A DNA stretch of 52,269 bases, taken from the IMG/VR virus record IMGVR_UViG_3300008448_000122, positions 1-52,269 of that record; one strand, given 5' to 3'. The number at the start of each line of letters is the position of its first letter. The first letter of the stretch is position 1. Of this stretch, positions 5,461 through 15,078 are shown in pieces. A program made the translations under genes and the position numbers. The notes under the pieces were generated by a model that was not told where the DNA came from, made no database searches, and was given only the letters and a program-made list of their open reading frames with translations. This DNA comes from a virus (taxonomy: Duplodnaviria; Caudoviricetes).

Positions 5461-7032
5461 ATGAAAAGTAATAGCCTGACGCTTGACGAAATTAAAGAAG
5501 AATTTCTTAAATGTAAAACTGATGCGGTATACTTCATATCTAAGTACATAAAAGTTTCCCACCCTAAAAGAGGGTTAGTAAACTTTGAACTTTACCCTTT
5601 CCAAAGAACAATAATTAAAGAGTTCTTTACACACAGATTTAATATACTTAGAAAGTTTAGACAAGCTGGTTGTACTACATTGATTGCTGCTTATTCTTTG
5701 TGGCTTTGTATGTTTAATCCTTACAAGACTGTGGCTATTCTGTCTAAAGGCGAGGCTGAGTCCACAGAAATTATTGATCGTATTAAATTGATGCACGCTG
5801 AACTTCCTGCTTGGTTACAACCTAAGATTATGGAAGACAACAAGCATACATTCAAGCTAGAGAACAAATCAGTAATCAAGTCTAAGGCTTCGGGAAAGCA
5901 ATCAGGTAGATCTATTCCTGGATCATTGTTGATCTTGGACGAAGCTGCATTCATTGAGCACATTGATACAATTTGGGCTGCTGCTTATCCAATCATTTCT
6001 ACTGGTGGATCTGTAATTGCTCTTTCAACTGTAAATGGTATTGGTAATTGGTTTCACAAGATGTATACTCAAGCTATCAATGGAGAAAACAATTTTAATG
6101 CAATTGATATTACTTGGAAGGAACATCCAGAATACTTTAGACAATCAGGGTATGAGCATCTATATGAATTGATGGCAAAGTATGAACCACCAGTCAATAT
6201 TGATGATTGGGAGAAGAATACTAGGGCTAACCTAAGCTTGAAAGAATGGTTGCAGGAATATGAAGCTAACTTCCTAGGAACTGGTGAAACTTACATTGAC
6301 GGTGAGATCCTAAGGCAGTTAAAGAGTGACGTAAATCGTGAATACAGAATCAAATACAATAATCGTATGCGCGTGTGGAAGGATCCTCAACCGTACCACG
6401 AATATGTATTAGCTTGTGATCCGTCAATAGGCCGAGAAAGAGATTATTCAGCCTTCCATGTTATTGATCTTTATAATGGGGAGCAAGTAGCAGAGTTTTA
6501 TTCGAACCGTACCCCAATCAACGAATTTGCTAAAATTATTGTAGACGAGGGCAGACTTTATAATACGGCTTATGTTCTGAGCGAAAGAAACGGTATTGGA
6601 AATAATTTAATTTATTTCTTACAAGAAAGTTTAGAGTATGAAAATCTAGTTATGGACGATAACCGTGAGATCGGTATGCAGATCACCCAGAAGAATAGGG
6701 AGGTCTTGTTGGCCGACATGGAGCATAATATAAGATCAAATAAAGTTAAAATTAACTCAGAAAGGCTAGTTGACGAGCTATTAACCTTTGTTATTGATAA
6801 AGATACCAATAAAATTAAAGCTGATACTAACTGCCATGATGACTTAATTATGGCTTTTGCTATGGCAATTAATACTTTTAATAAATTAAGAGAAAATAAC
6901 TTAATTGAAAGAGATACTTTAATTGATAACAGGAATATCCCACTTACCCCTATGCAGTCATATAAATATAAAGTAGTTACTGCTACTGGTAATGTAACCC
7001 TGGAAGATTATAAATGGCTAATAGGCAAATAA
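5461..7032 (+). CDS. terL: Terminase large subunit (T4 gp17-like)
   Basis: FELYPFQ adenine-binding motif, RKFRQAGCTT Walker A, LLILDEAAFI Walker B, ST.NG coupling motif, nuclease acidic motifs ACDPS.G and HDDLIMA. Confidence 0.97.
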   Translation: MKSNSLTLDEIKEEFLKCKTDAVYFISKYIKVSHPKRGLVNFELYPFQRTIIKEFFTHRFNILRKFRQAGCTTLIAAYSLWLCMFNPYKTVAILSKGEAESTEIIDRIKLMHAELPAWLQPKIMEDNKHTFKLENKSVIKSKASGKQSGRSIPGSLLILDEAAFIEHIDTIWAAAYPIISTGGSVIALSTVNGIGNWFHKMYTQAINGENNFNAIDITWKEHPEYFRQSGYEHLYELMAKYEPPVNIDDWEKNTRANLSLKEWLQEYEANFLGTGETYIDGEILRQLKSDVNREYRIKYNNRMRVWKDPQPYHEYVLACDPSIGRERDYSAFHVIDLYNGEQVAEFYSNRTPINEFAKIIVDEGRLYNTAYVLSERNGIGNNLIYFLQESLEYENLVMDDNREIGMQITQKNREVLLADMEHNIRSNKVKINSERLVDELLTFVIDKDTNKIKADTNCHDDLIMAFAMAINTFNKLRENNLIERDTLIDNRNIPLTPMQSYKYKVVTATGNVTLEDYKWLIGK

Positions 7033-8843
7033 GAGAAGGTTTTACTGAGTTCGCTAACCCAAACAATCCTTGGTTTAGCCCCGTAGGAACTGTAGGTAAG
7101 TTCTTTGCTAAGTTCTTTTCTTTGGGCAGATATGCTAGAAAAGAGGCTGAATTCGACCAGCAGTTAAGAGACCCAGCCCGACCAATTAAAGTAAATCCTG
7201 GTCGCCCTCTACACGGTGATGCAGTTCAGTCTAGAGATGTTATCAGGGTCACTTCAATGGCCCATAGCAAGACTAACTATCCTATTCTACCACAAGTCGA
7301 ACATGATAGAAAGAGAAGATATAGAGAATATGAGGACATGGATGGCTACCCAGAGATTGGATCAGCCTTCGATATCTACGCTGACGATTGCTCACAGGAA
7401 AATCTAGACGGAACTAAATGGGATATCATCACTGCCGATGAAGATGCCAAGCAGGAAATAATTGATCTATTTGATAGAATTGAATTAGATACTTATCTCT
7501 GGGATATTGTAAGAAATACAGTGAAGTATGGGGATAACTTCCTTGAGTTAGTTGTTGATATCAATGACATCAAGAAGGGTATTCAGAGAATCAAGATCTT
7601 AAATCCAAACTTCTTCTATAGAGTTGAAGACGAGTTCGGATATCTAAGTTCATTCCTTCAGGAGATTCCAAAGAAAGATAACTGGACTACTTATGGCAAC
7701 GTTGGACCAAATATTGACAATAGCCAAGTAATCCCACTAGATCCAGGCCAGATAGTACACTTTAGATTGCATACATCTGATCCAACGCATTACCCCTATG
7801 GTAAGAGTATAGCTTCTGGGGCTAGATCAATTTACAAGAGCTTGAAGATGATGGAAGACGCTATGTTGATCTATCGTCTTGCCCGCGCGCCCGAGAGAAG
7901 AATATTTTATATTGATACTGGATCTCTTCCTTCTTCCAAGGCTGAGATGCATATCAAGGAGCAGATGCATAAGTTTAAGAAGAGCAAGCTGTTCAACAAG
8001 AATACTGGCAACATGGAAGAAACCTACAATGCTATTTCAGCCGATGAGGACTTCTTTATCGCAGTAAATGGTAAGGGGTCAGGAACCAAGATCGAAACTC
8101 TTCCAGGTGCTGAGAATCTTGGCGAGGTCGATGACGTTAAGTACTTTAGAGATAAACTACTTGCGGCTCTAAAGATTCCAAAGGATTATATTGTTGAGAA
8201 GGATCAAGCCCCAGATAGAAAGGCTAACCTTGCTCAATTGGACGTTAAGTTCGCTAGAGTTGTAACCAGAATTCAAAAAGCCATTGAAATTGGTTTAGAG
8301 ACGATAGCCCATAGACACTTAATGATTAAGGGTTATCCAACTTCAGTTATTGAGAAACTTAAAATTAAGTTGCCTGCTCCTTCAGACATGGCTAGAAAGA
8401 GACAGCTTGATTTAGACCAGCAAAAAGCATTAGTTGTTGGTGCTGTTAAGAATTTAGGTATATTCCCAGTTGATAAGATATACAAAGATTATTATCAGTT
8501 AAATGATGTTCAAATAAAACAAATTAAAGATAAGCTCCAAGAAGAGATGGAAGAGCAGATGGAGCAGCAAATGGAGCAACAAAATGCCATGATGGGTGCG
8601 GCTCCTGGGATGCCTGGAATGCCTGCTCCAGGGGGCGATATGGGAGCTGGTGGGCCTCCTCCGGTCGGTGGTGAGCCTGCTGAAAACACGCCTCCAACTC
8701 AGGTAGAAAATATTAATTTAAGTGAACTTGAAACTTTACTATTGGAAAATAATGGGTCTAAGGAGTTATTAGACGTTATTAAGTCATTAAAATATAACGA
8801 AATGTATTTTAATAAAAAGATAAAGGAAACGCAGTCTAAATAA
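7014..8843 (+). CDS. gp20: Portal protein (T4 gp20-like)
   Basis: MEDAMLIYRLARAPERRIFYIDTG, IETLPGAENLGEVDDVKYFRDKLLAALKIP; follows terL. Confidence 0.97.
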   Translation: MANRQIREGFTEFANPNNPWFSPVGTVGKFFAKFFSLGRYARKEAEFDQQLRDPARPIKVNPGRPLHGDAVQSRDVIRVTSMAHSKTNYPILPQVEHDRKRRYREYEDMDGYPEIGSAFDIYADDCSQENLDGTKWDIITADEDAKQEIIDLFDRIELDTYLWDIVRNTVKYGDNFLELVVDINDIKKGIQRIKILNPNFFYRVEDEFGYLSSFLQEIPKKDNWTTYGNVGPNIDNSQVIPLDPGQIVHFRLHTSDPTHYPYGKSIASGARSIYKSLKMMEDAMLIYRLARAPERRIFYIDTGSLPSSKAEMHIKEQMHKFKKSKLFNKNTGNMEETYNAISADEDFFIAVNGKGSGTKIETLPGAENLGEVDDVKYFRDKLLAALKIPKDYIVEKDQAPDRKANLAQLDVKFARVVTRIQKAIEIGLETIAHRHLMIKGYPTSVIEKLKIKLPAPSDMARKRQLDLDQQKALVVGAVKNLGIFPVDKIYKDYYQLNDVQIKQIKDKLQEEMEEQMEQQMEQQNAMMGAAPGMPGMPAPGGDMGAGGPPPVGGEPAENTPPTQVENINLSELETLLLENNGSKELLDVIKSLKYNEMYFNKKIKETQSK

Positions 8844-8864
8844 AGTTGATATAGAAGATTTTTT

Positions 8865-10688
8865 ATGCTAACCAATTTAATCGAAAATCGTGGAAAAGAG
8901 TTCTCAAATCTCGTTAAGATCGGTGATTACCTTGCTAGATCATTAAGAGAAAATGTCGAACTATTTTATGTAGAGAACGGTAAAGTTACTTATGTAACTG
9001 AATCAGGTGGTGTCGTAACAGCAAATTATGGTTTCAAGCCAAATCTTAAGCTAACTAATGTCCAGGTTGATGATTCTTCAATCCTTGAAGACAGAGATGC
9101 TTTTGAGAAGGTAACAGATAAGAAAGTTTCAAATCTTCTATCAAATCTACTGGAGAGCGATTACCACGATGCCGAGAACCAGTTTGATGAGATCCTAAGT
9201 TTATTTGAGACCAAACTTTCCTTTGAGAGAATTAAGGAAAGACTAAGAACTAAGGTCGAGAGATTTGGTGAGAGCACTAAGATTGTCTCAACTCCTCAGT
9301 TCCAAAAGGTTTCAGAGATGAAGGATAAGATTGTCCAGTTCTTGAAGGAGAATAAGGACATAGTAAATATCCCAGAGATTAAGAATGGCCTAAAGTTAGC
9401 CTCAGTTGTATCAAAGGCTTTCAATCTTCCAAAGCTAACTCTAGAGCAGTTAGCCGAATCAAAGACTTTCTCAGTCAGACCATCAGATAGCAATTCAATC
9501 TATGAGCATCTTTGCAGACAAGAACTGATTGCCAAGGAGCTACTAGAAGCTAAAGAGAACTTCGATACTACTTGGGCTAACAATGAGCTAATCTCAGATC
9601 TAGCTTCAATGATCTATGAGAAGAGATCAAAGATTGAAGAGAAGGTAGCTGAGATCATAACTAAGATCCCATACTTTGCTCTATCAACCAAGAAGCAACT
9701 TTCAACCATCATTGAGAACTCACTGGGCCTCTCAGATCTAAAGATATCAAACAAGGATGTTACTAAGTTTGTTTCAAATATCTTTGAGATGAAGAAGCCA
9801 GTCAAGAATTACATCATGGACCTACTGAATGAGAAGTATGGTATCAATGTAAACAACTTAAGCGAAATCCCAACCTTCTCAAATCTTCTTAAGACTGAGA
9901 TGGTTGTCCTTGCCAGTCTAGCCAAGTTAGCTCCAAAGAATTCAGTAGTTAAGCAGACCTTGTTTGAACTAGCTGAATCACTAAAGACTAAGAATGGTGC
10001 TGAGTCAATAGACATTGTTGATTTCATCAACGAGGTATTTGATGAGGCTGGATTCAAGAAGCAACTAAATGAGACTAATCTCCTACAATACCTTGACTTT
10101 GCCAGAGTTGCAGATGATCTAGGAAAGATTGGAACTATCCTGAAAATGTTACAGCCAGCTTTAGGTGGTGAAGGTGCTCCAATAGGTGGAGATATGGGAG
10201 ATGCTGCTTCAATGGATCAGGCTCCAATGGAAGGCCAGCCAATAATCCCACCAGAGGGCGAAGAAGGAATGGGCGACGAAGAGGGCGAGCCAGAGCCTTC
10301 AGAGGCTGAAATGGCCGCTGAAGAGGTTCAGGGTGAAGAGGCTATGGGTGCTGAAGGTGGAGGAGAAATGCCACCCCCAGAAGAAGGAATGGAAGGAGAG
10401 ATTCCACCAGAAGAAGAGATGCAAGATGATACTGGCGAACCAATGGCTACAGATGAAATAAATGATCTTGTAAACAGAATCGAAGATCTTCTCTCTTCAA
10501 TCAAGACTGAAATGGGAGAAGGAGAAGGTCCAATGGGAGATGAGGAAGGATCAGGAGAAGAACTCCCACCAGAAGAAGGAATGGAGGGTGAGGAAGAAAT
10601 GCCACCAGAGGAAGGCATGGAAGAAGAGATGCCTGAAGAGGGCGGCGAAGAAGAATTTGAAGAAGAGGACGAGGAAGAAGAAGAGTAA
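8865..10688 (+). CDS. Helical protein with long acidic tail; candidate prohead core/scaffold
   Basis: Position after the portal, many (L/I)xE motifs, E/G/M/P-rich C-terminus. Confidence 0.6.
   Translation: MLTNLIENRGKEFSNLVKIGDYLARSLRENVELFYVENGKVTYVTESGGVVTANYGFKPNLKLTNVQVDDSSILEDRDAFEKVTDKKVSNLLSNLLESDYHDAENQFDEILSLFETKLSFERIKERLRTKVERFGESTKIVSTPQFQKVSEMKDKIVQFLKENKDIVNIPEIKNGLKLASVVSKAFNLPKLTLEQLAESKTFSVRPSDSNSIYEHLCRQELIAKELLEAKENFDTTWANNELISDLASMIYEKRSKIEEKVAEIITKIPYFALSTKKQLSTIIENSLGLSDLKISNKDVTKFVSNIFEMKKPVKNYIMDLLNEKYGINVNNLSEIPTFSNLLKTEMVVLASLAKLAPKNSVVKQTLFELAESLKTKNGAESIDIVDFINEVFDEAGFKKQLNETNLLQYLDFARVADDLGKIGTILKMLQPALGGEGAPIGGDMGDAASMDQAPMEGQPIIPPEGEEGMGDEEGEPEPSEAEMAAEEVQGEEAMGAEGGGEMPPPEEGMEGEIPPEEEMQDDTGEPMATDEINDLVNRIEDLLSSIKTEMGEGEGPMGDEEGSGEELPPEEGMEGEEEMPPEEGMEEEMPEEGGEEEFEEEDEEEEE
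10247..10640 (+). repeat. Coding imperfect repeats (PPEEGMEGE-like)
   Basis: Recurrent ccaccagaagaaggaatgg-like units. Confidence 0.8.
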
Positions 10689-10694
10689 TAATAT

Positions 10695-12704
10695 ATGAGT
10701 TGCAACAATTATACTGCTACCCAAATTCCCCTTAGCGTTGGTTTCGATGCTAATGGGAACGCTGGAAGTCTTGTTGAGACTAAGGAAATCAAAGTAACTA
10801 AGATAGAGACTCCAACTGATTCCGATCAATTAATTATTGCAGCAGGGACAGAAGTTGTATTTAAAGGTAATGTTACTGTAGAAGGCACTATAAATGTAGG
10901 AGCAGTCGAAGCGGCTTCCTCACTATCCTCATTAACAGATGTTACTATAACGTCTGTAGCTAATGGTGAAGTTTTAGTTTGGAGTTCTAATGATTGGATA
11001 AATAGAACTCTTGCTGAAGCGGGAATTCTTGGGACTACTGATTTAGCTAATTATGCTACAAACACTTATGTATCATCTAATTATGCTACATCAAACTCTT
11101 TATCAGCATATGCACCCTCATCTTGGGTAAATTCTAACTTTTTAGCAAACTCAACTATAGGGACTACTGTTCAAGGTTATGATCCTGTTCTTGAAGCTTT
11201 ATCGTTAGCTACTGTAACGGCTAATACTGTTGCTTATTTTAATACTGGTGCCGCCGCTACAACTACGACTTTAACACCTTTTGCAAGAACTGACTTATTA
11301 GCTGCTACTGGAGCAGCACCAATAAGAGCTAGTTTAGATTTAGAGCCTGGGGTTGATATTCAAGTTCAAAATACTAGTTTACAAGATATTGCAAATATTG
11401 ATACTGTCTTTCTTACTGAAAACGATGTCTTAGCTTGGGATGGTGCTAATTGGGTCGCCGTTGCCGCGCCTGGGGGAGGTCCAGTAGCATTAAATGATAT
11501 AACAGATGTTACTATCGCTACGGCTGTTGCTAATGACTTTTTAGTCTATGATAGTGGGCAATGGAGAGATCAAGCTCCATCGGTAGCCAGAACATCTCTA
11601 GGAGCTACAACAGTTGGAGCTAATATTTTTACTCTTAATAATCCTACAGCAGTAACATATTTAAAAATAAATAATGACAACTCTGTAAGCACTAGAACTG
11701 CGGTTGAAATGCAGTCAGATCTTTCAGTAACTCCAGGAACAAATGTTCAAACTCAAAATGCAAATCTTCAATCAATAGCTAATCAAACAACAACTGAAAA
11801 TACACTAATTTATTTTAGTGGATCAACTTCTGCTGCAACTACAACTTTAACTTCATTTGGAAGATCACTATTAGATGATGCAAATGCAACTGAGTGTAGA
11901 GGTACTTTAAGTGCTCAGTTATCTTCTGTGCCATTAGACAATCTTACTAATTTATGCACAGGGGCTGGATCAACTGGAGCATCTGCTTTTGGAAGATTAT
12001 TTTTTACTGTAACAAATGGTCTTTCACCTGGCATTAATATTCTTCCTGTGGATTTGTATGACCCAACAAACATTTCTAATAGTTATGGAAAAATATTAAG
12101 ATTTGAAGAATCTGCTATCCCAGGATATGGATTACCGAAATGGAATAATTTATTCTTAGGTGAACTAGCTAATGTTGATATAACGGGTGCTGGTGGCAAT
12201 TTGACTGCTGGAAGAATATTATACGTTAATACAAGCCAAGATTTAACAGAGTTAGCCAATCCTGCTGGGACAAGTTTTTTAAGACATGATGGAGCTAACA
12301 CAGGTCCAACTTGGAGATCTTCCGCTGATGTCAGAACAGATATTGGATTAGCTACAACAGATTCTCCTCAGTTTGCTGGAGTTAATGTTGGAAATGCTGC
12401 TGATACTTTAATAGCTAGATCATCCGCAGGAAATATTACTGTTGCAGGTCAAACAATATATCGAGCGGGAGGAACTGATGTTCCTATTTTAGATGGTGGA
12501 ACTGGAGCTTCCACTGCCGCTGGTGCAAGAACTAATATATTTGCTGGATTATCAATAGCAAAAGGTGATTTAATCACTTATGATGGTTCAGACTTTGCTA
12601 GAATTCCTGCTCCAACGATTGACGGAGCTTATTTACTCAGAGTTGTAAAATCTGGGAGTACTTTTACTTTTAGCTGGCAGCCTGAATCTAACTACAGCAA
12701 CTAA
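10695..12704 (+). CDS. Virion fibre protein (tail, whisker or head fibre)
   Basis: L..LTDVTI...NG.VL.W....W repeats, TTLT.F.R.LL repeats, DGGTGASTAAGARTN motif; A/T/G/S-rich. Confidence 0.82.
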   Translation: MSCNNYTATQIPLSVGFDANGNAGSLVETKEIKVTKIETPTDSDQLIIAAGTEVVFKGNVTVEGTINVGAVEAASSLSSLTDVTITSVANGEVLVWSSNDWINRTLAEAGILGTTDLANYATNTYVSSNYATSNSLSAYAPSSWVNSNFLANSTIGTTVQGYDPVLEALSLATVTANTVAYFNTGAAATTTTLTPFARTDLLAATGAAPIRASLDLEPGVDIQVQNTSLQDIANIDTVFLTENDVLAWDGANWVAVAAPGGGPVALNDITDVTIATAVANDFLVYDSGQWRDQAPSVARTSLGATTVGANIFTLNNPTAVTYLKINNDNSVSTRTAVEMQSDLSVTPGTNVQTQNANLQSIANQTTTENTLIYFSGSTSAATTTLTSFGRSLLDDANATECRGTLSAQLSSVPLDNLTNLCTGAGSTGASAFGRLFFTVTNGLSPGINILPVDLYDPTNISNSYGKILRFEESAIPGYGLPKWNNLFLGELANVDITGAGGNLTAGRILYVNTSQDLTELANPAGTSFLRHDGANTGPTWRSSADVRTDIGLATTDSPQFAGVNVGNAADTLIARSSAGNITVAGQTIYRAGGTDVPILDGGTGASTAAGARTNIFAGLSIAKGDLITYDGSDFARIPAPTIDGAYLLRVVKSGSTFTFSWQPESNYSN

Positions 12705-12937
12705 TCCTTAACCATATCACCACGCTTTATAGAGTTGAATAGTCTTACAAAGAAGACTTCTCTTAAAGCGTCTAACTCTCTCCATACATTTATCAGTTCT
12801 CTAAGATTGCTCTCTGATATCTTCTTAGAGTCTTTGATCTTAGTTAGAACTGATATGCAGCTTTCTAGGCTAGATTCATTCTGACGAGTAAGGTTCATCA
12901 GAGTATCGACGATATATTCTTTAGTTAAGTTTGACAT
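12701..12937 (-). CDS. Hypothetical protein (78 aa)
   Basis: ORF overlapping the helicase 3' end. Confidence 0.7.
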   Translation of the reverse strand: MSNLTKEYIVDTLMNLTRQNESSLESCISVLTKIKDSKKISESNLRELINVWRELDALREVFFVRLFNSIKRGDMVKD

Positions 12938-14300
12938 AGCTTATTTGGAACTTGTGGTTTTCGTAGTGTTTGATTCTGCTCTTTGAGTGCTTCTCTAGGT
13001 ATGGCACGGTATCATAGAAATCATAGAAGTGCATCTCAGTCTTGTTCTCAGCCTTTCTGATACCTCTACCAAGTCCTTGAATGGTAGGAATCTCGCCCTC
13101 TAATCCTCTGGCATTGATCATATGGCTGATCTCATTAATGTTGATTCCAGTCTGCATTACGTTTGTTCCGATGATGATTGGATGATTATTATCTTTGATG
13201 AAGGCTTGAATGATATCATATCTTTCCTCGATATTGTCTTTCCCTTCGACTGTGTATGCGTGAGGAATCAAAGCCTTTAGTTTGTGTAGGTGCTCTAGGT
13301 TCTTGACCAATATCAGAGTTTTAGAATTAGGGCTTTTCTTAATCAACTGATAGATGTTTGCAATCATTTGATTGCGTTGCTCGTTGTTGACTATAAACTT
13401 TTCATAGATCTGTTGATAACCTAAATCCTCGTCCTCCAGGCTCAAGGTAGGCTTGAATTCTAGGATCTGAATATTAGGCTTGGCTAGCTTTCCATCTTTG
13501 ATTAGATCTTCGGTTGATCTAGTGGAATAGACTGCACCAAAAGCCCCTTCTAATGTCAGCCTTCCATGGATATCATTCTTTTCCGATGGGACAGTGGCTG
13601 TGAATGCGATTCTAAATATTGCATTCGGAAAAGCCTCGATTGCGGCTATAGTAGTGTCACCTTTGCAGAACTGATGAGCCTCGTCAATCATCAATACTTC
13701 AGCCTGCTCAAGGTGGGTGTCTAGGATCTTCTCAATGCTCTGGACAGTTGAGAGCATGATATCCCCATATATGAATCCCTCACCTGAATTTATGCCAAGA
13801 GATTCGATGCCACAGGTTTTGAAGAAGTCGTATGTCTGCTTTAGGATACCTTTCTCCTTGAACAGAATGACCATCTTCCTGGGCGCGAGGGAGGCTACAA
13901 TCCCAGCCATTATCAGGGTCTTACCAGATCCAACCGGAGACTCAATTACGCCTCTATTAAAGTTTAGAACGTGCTGGATTGCTTCTTTCTGGTAGTCGTA
14001 GTAATTAAACTTCTTTACTTTTTGAATCTGTATAGGATCTGGTAGTTTATAAGTTCGATTAAGTCCTACATTTTCAGCCCCAATACTTAACAGATCATTT
14101 ACTACCCTGCTGAGTAAGCCAGTCCTAAATATTCCATTCTTAGCGAAATAGTGCTTTCTGCCATCCCAAACTCGACGCTTGTACTGCGGAGTATAATTAT
14201 ACCCTGGGACAAGAAAGCCATACTTGTCATGTAAGGCTTCTAATAACTTTGGATTATCAGTTATTAGCTTAGACCTTAAATTACCTATTTCTATTTCCAT
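12921..14300 (-). CDS. uvsW: SF2 DNA helicase, UvsW-like
   Basis: WDG in N-terminal domain, SPVGSGKT, IDEAH, FTAT, QGLGRGIR, FYDFYD..PYL..H...R. Confidence 0.93.
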   Translation of the reverse strand: MEIEIGNLRSKLITDNPKLLEALHDKYGFLVPGYNYTPQYKRRVWDGRKHYFAKNGIFRTGLLSRVVNDLLSIGAENVGLNRTYKLPDPIQIQKVKKFNYYDYQKEAIQHVLNFNRGVIESPVGSGKTLIMAGIVASLAPRKMVILFKEKGILKQTYDFFKTCGIESLGINSGEGFIYGDIMLSTVQSIEKILDTHLEQAEVLMIDEAHQFCKGDTTIAAIEAFPNAIFRIAFTATVPSEKNDIHGRLTLEGAFGAVYSTRSTEDLIKDGKLAKPNIQILEFKPTLSLEDEDLGYQQIYEKFIVNNEQRNQMIANIYQLIKKSPNSKTLILVKNLEHLHKLKALIPHAYTVEGKDNIEERYDIIQAFIKDNNHPIIIGTNVMQTGININEISHMINARGLEGEIPTIQGLGRGIRKAENKTEMHFYDFYDTVPYLEKHSKSRIKHYENHKFQISYVKLN

Positions 14301-14334
14301 AACCTACTATAATAGGTATGGTTAAAATAGAATT

Positions 14335-15078
14335 ATGGCTAATTTAAAAGATCCTAAGGCAGAAGAAAGAGATTTAGAACTTCAGAAGTTGTTTGAGAGT
14401 GTTCCGTATGAAACTGAAATGTTTGTAGAGCTTCCGTCTAAGGGAAGATTCTACCCTAGTTTTACTGGAGTTAAAGTAATTCCGTTATTATTTGAGGATG
14501 AGCAAAAGATCCTCATGTCTAGAAATAAGAATATTAACCCAGTCAATGAGATTTTAGCCAAGTGCGTACAGGGAATCAATATTAGCGATCTTCTAGCCAT
14601 GGATAAACTTTATCTTTTAATGAAGATAAAAGAGTTATCTTATGGGCCAGAATATAAGTTTTCTGTTATTTGCCCAGCCTGTAACGTCCCCACAGACTCT
14701 GCGCTTTTAATTGAAGGTATCCCAATAAATAGAGTTCCAGATGATCTTGTTGATCCCAGAGAAGTAACTCTGCCTATGTTAAGAGTTAAGGCTCAGATAA
14801 GATTCCCAAGAAGCTCAGACGAACAATATTTTAACACGACAGAAAACACTATTAATAATCTTTATCGTGTTGTTGTATCTCTAAATGGAAATGAGGACCC
14901 TATTTTTATCTCAAAAGCGATAAAAAAGATGCATATTAGAGATATTAAGACTATAGAAAAGGAAGTAAATAGAGCGGAATACGGAATCAGTACTAACTTC
15001 CAGTTTGACTGTCCGTCCTGCAAGCATTCAACGACATTAGCGATTCCGTTTGATGCAAATTTTTTTTCAGTGAACTAA
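14335..15078 (+). CDS. Baseplate hub / tail assembly chaperone (T4 gp26-like)
   Basis: ELPSKGRFYP, SYGPEY...CPAC, CPSC, ends ANFF; next to uvsW as in T4. Confidence 0.85.
   Translation: MANLKDPKAEERDLELQKLFESVPYETEMFVELPSKGRFYPSFTGVKVIPLLFEDEQKILMSRNKNINPVNEILAKCVQGINISDLLAMDKLYLLMKIKELSYGPEYKFSVICPACNVPTDSALLIEGIPINRVPDDLVDPREVTLPMLRVKAQIRFPRSSDEQYFNTTENTINNLYRVVVSLNGNEDPIFISKAIKKMHIRDIKTIEKEVNRAEYGISTNFQFDCPSCKHSTTLAIPFDANFFSVN

Noticed and set aside
5461-5562. N-terminal extension of the glycosyltransferase ORF to 5562
   Set aside because: Antisense to the conserved terL N-terminus; Met at 5460 gives a plausible domain start.
5461-8843. Intein or intron in terminase or portal
   Set aside because: Lengths and motif spacing are ordinary; no intein-terminal HN-C/S/T block or homing endonuclease motif was noticed.
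10328-10829. Ser-rich and Phe-rich minus-strand ORFs
   Set aside because: Antisense read-out of the GAA-rich acidic tail.
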